DNA of 64,000 nt from Bacteroidales bacterium (GTDB lineage Bacteria > Bacteroidota > Bacteroidia > Bacteroidales > UBA12077). The DNA lies in NCBI GenBank assembly GCA_028282585.1, contig JANQHR010000047.1, forward strand, positions 1-64,000, in the 5' to 3' direction. A program made the translations under genes and the position numbers. Positions within the stretch are counted from its first letter, which is position 1. Each line of letters begins with the position of its first letter. Below are positions 63,779-64,000 of the stretch, in pieces. Under the pieces are notes generated by a model. That model made no database searches and was not told the DNA's origin. It saw only the letters and a program-made list of their open reading frames with translations.

Positions 63779-64000
63779 ATGAAAATTCTAGTAGTCGACG
63801 ATTCAACAATAAACAATATTTTACTTCAGAACTTTCTTGAAGAAAATAAGTTTGAGGTAGTTACTACTCTTAATGGCCCGGACGCCATTGATATTCTCTC
63901 AAAAGAAAAAATTGAATTGGTTATACTTGACGTTATGATGCCAGAGTTTAGTGGTTTTGATTTTTTGAATCATTTAAATAAGCACCAAATTGAGACACCT
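63779..64000 (+). CDS. Response regulator receiver domain protein (partial, runs off the window)
   Basis: MKILVVDDS...VILDVMMPEFSG (hand-translated; absent from the ORF track). Confidence 0.88.
   Translation, partial: MKILVVDDSTINNILLQNFLEENKFEVVTTLNGPDAIDILSKEKIELVILDVMMPEFSGFDFLNHLNKHQIETP

Overview
AT-rich window from a Bacteroidota bacterium, probably an anaerobic or facultative Bacteroidales/Marinilabiliales-like organism. The basis is TAnnTTTG promoters, a TonB-dependent receptor/DUF4249 pair, LytS/LytTR pairs and a beta-propeller PP2C sensor. Housekeeping and stress genes include htrA, clpB, katG, pepD and corA. Other modules are a MarR-GNAT-two-racemase-SSS operon, two pseudogenised loci (NYN; MNT-HEPN), an RND/TonB-receptor operon and a MarR-preceded reductive dehalogenase cluster (rdhA-X-rdhB-rdhC plus a TAT-less rdhA-like gene). 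The most notable region is 42.4-50.3 kb, a tandem array of secreted double-glycine-peptide cassettes that the ORF track mostly misses. Each of three units begins with a near-identical ~142-bp module: a palindromic operator, a promoter and an 81-nt predicted pseudoknot-like leader RNA. Each unit then carries unrelated GG-leader peptides, a hairpin, a small membrane (immunity-like) gene and a decayed copy of the hlyD 5' end. An intact HlyD and C39-peptidase ABC exporter follow the array. A MITE-like element occurs twice. No rRNA, tRNA, CRISPR array or transposase was seen. All calls come from reading the sequence by eye; no database searches were run.
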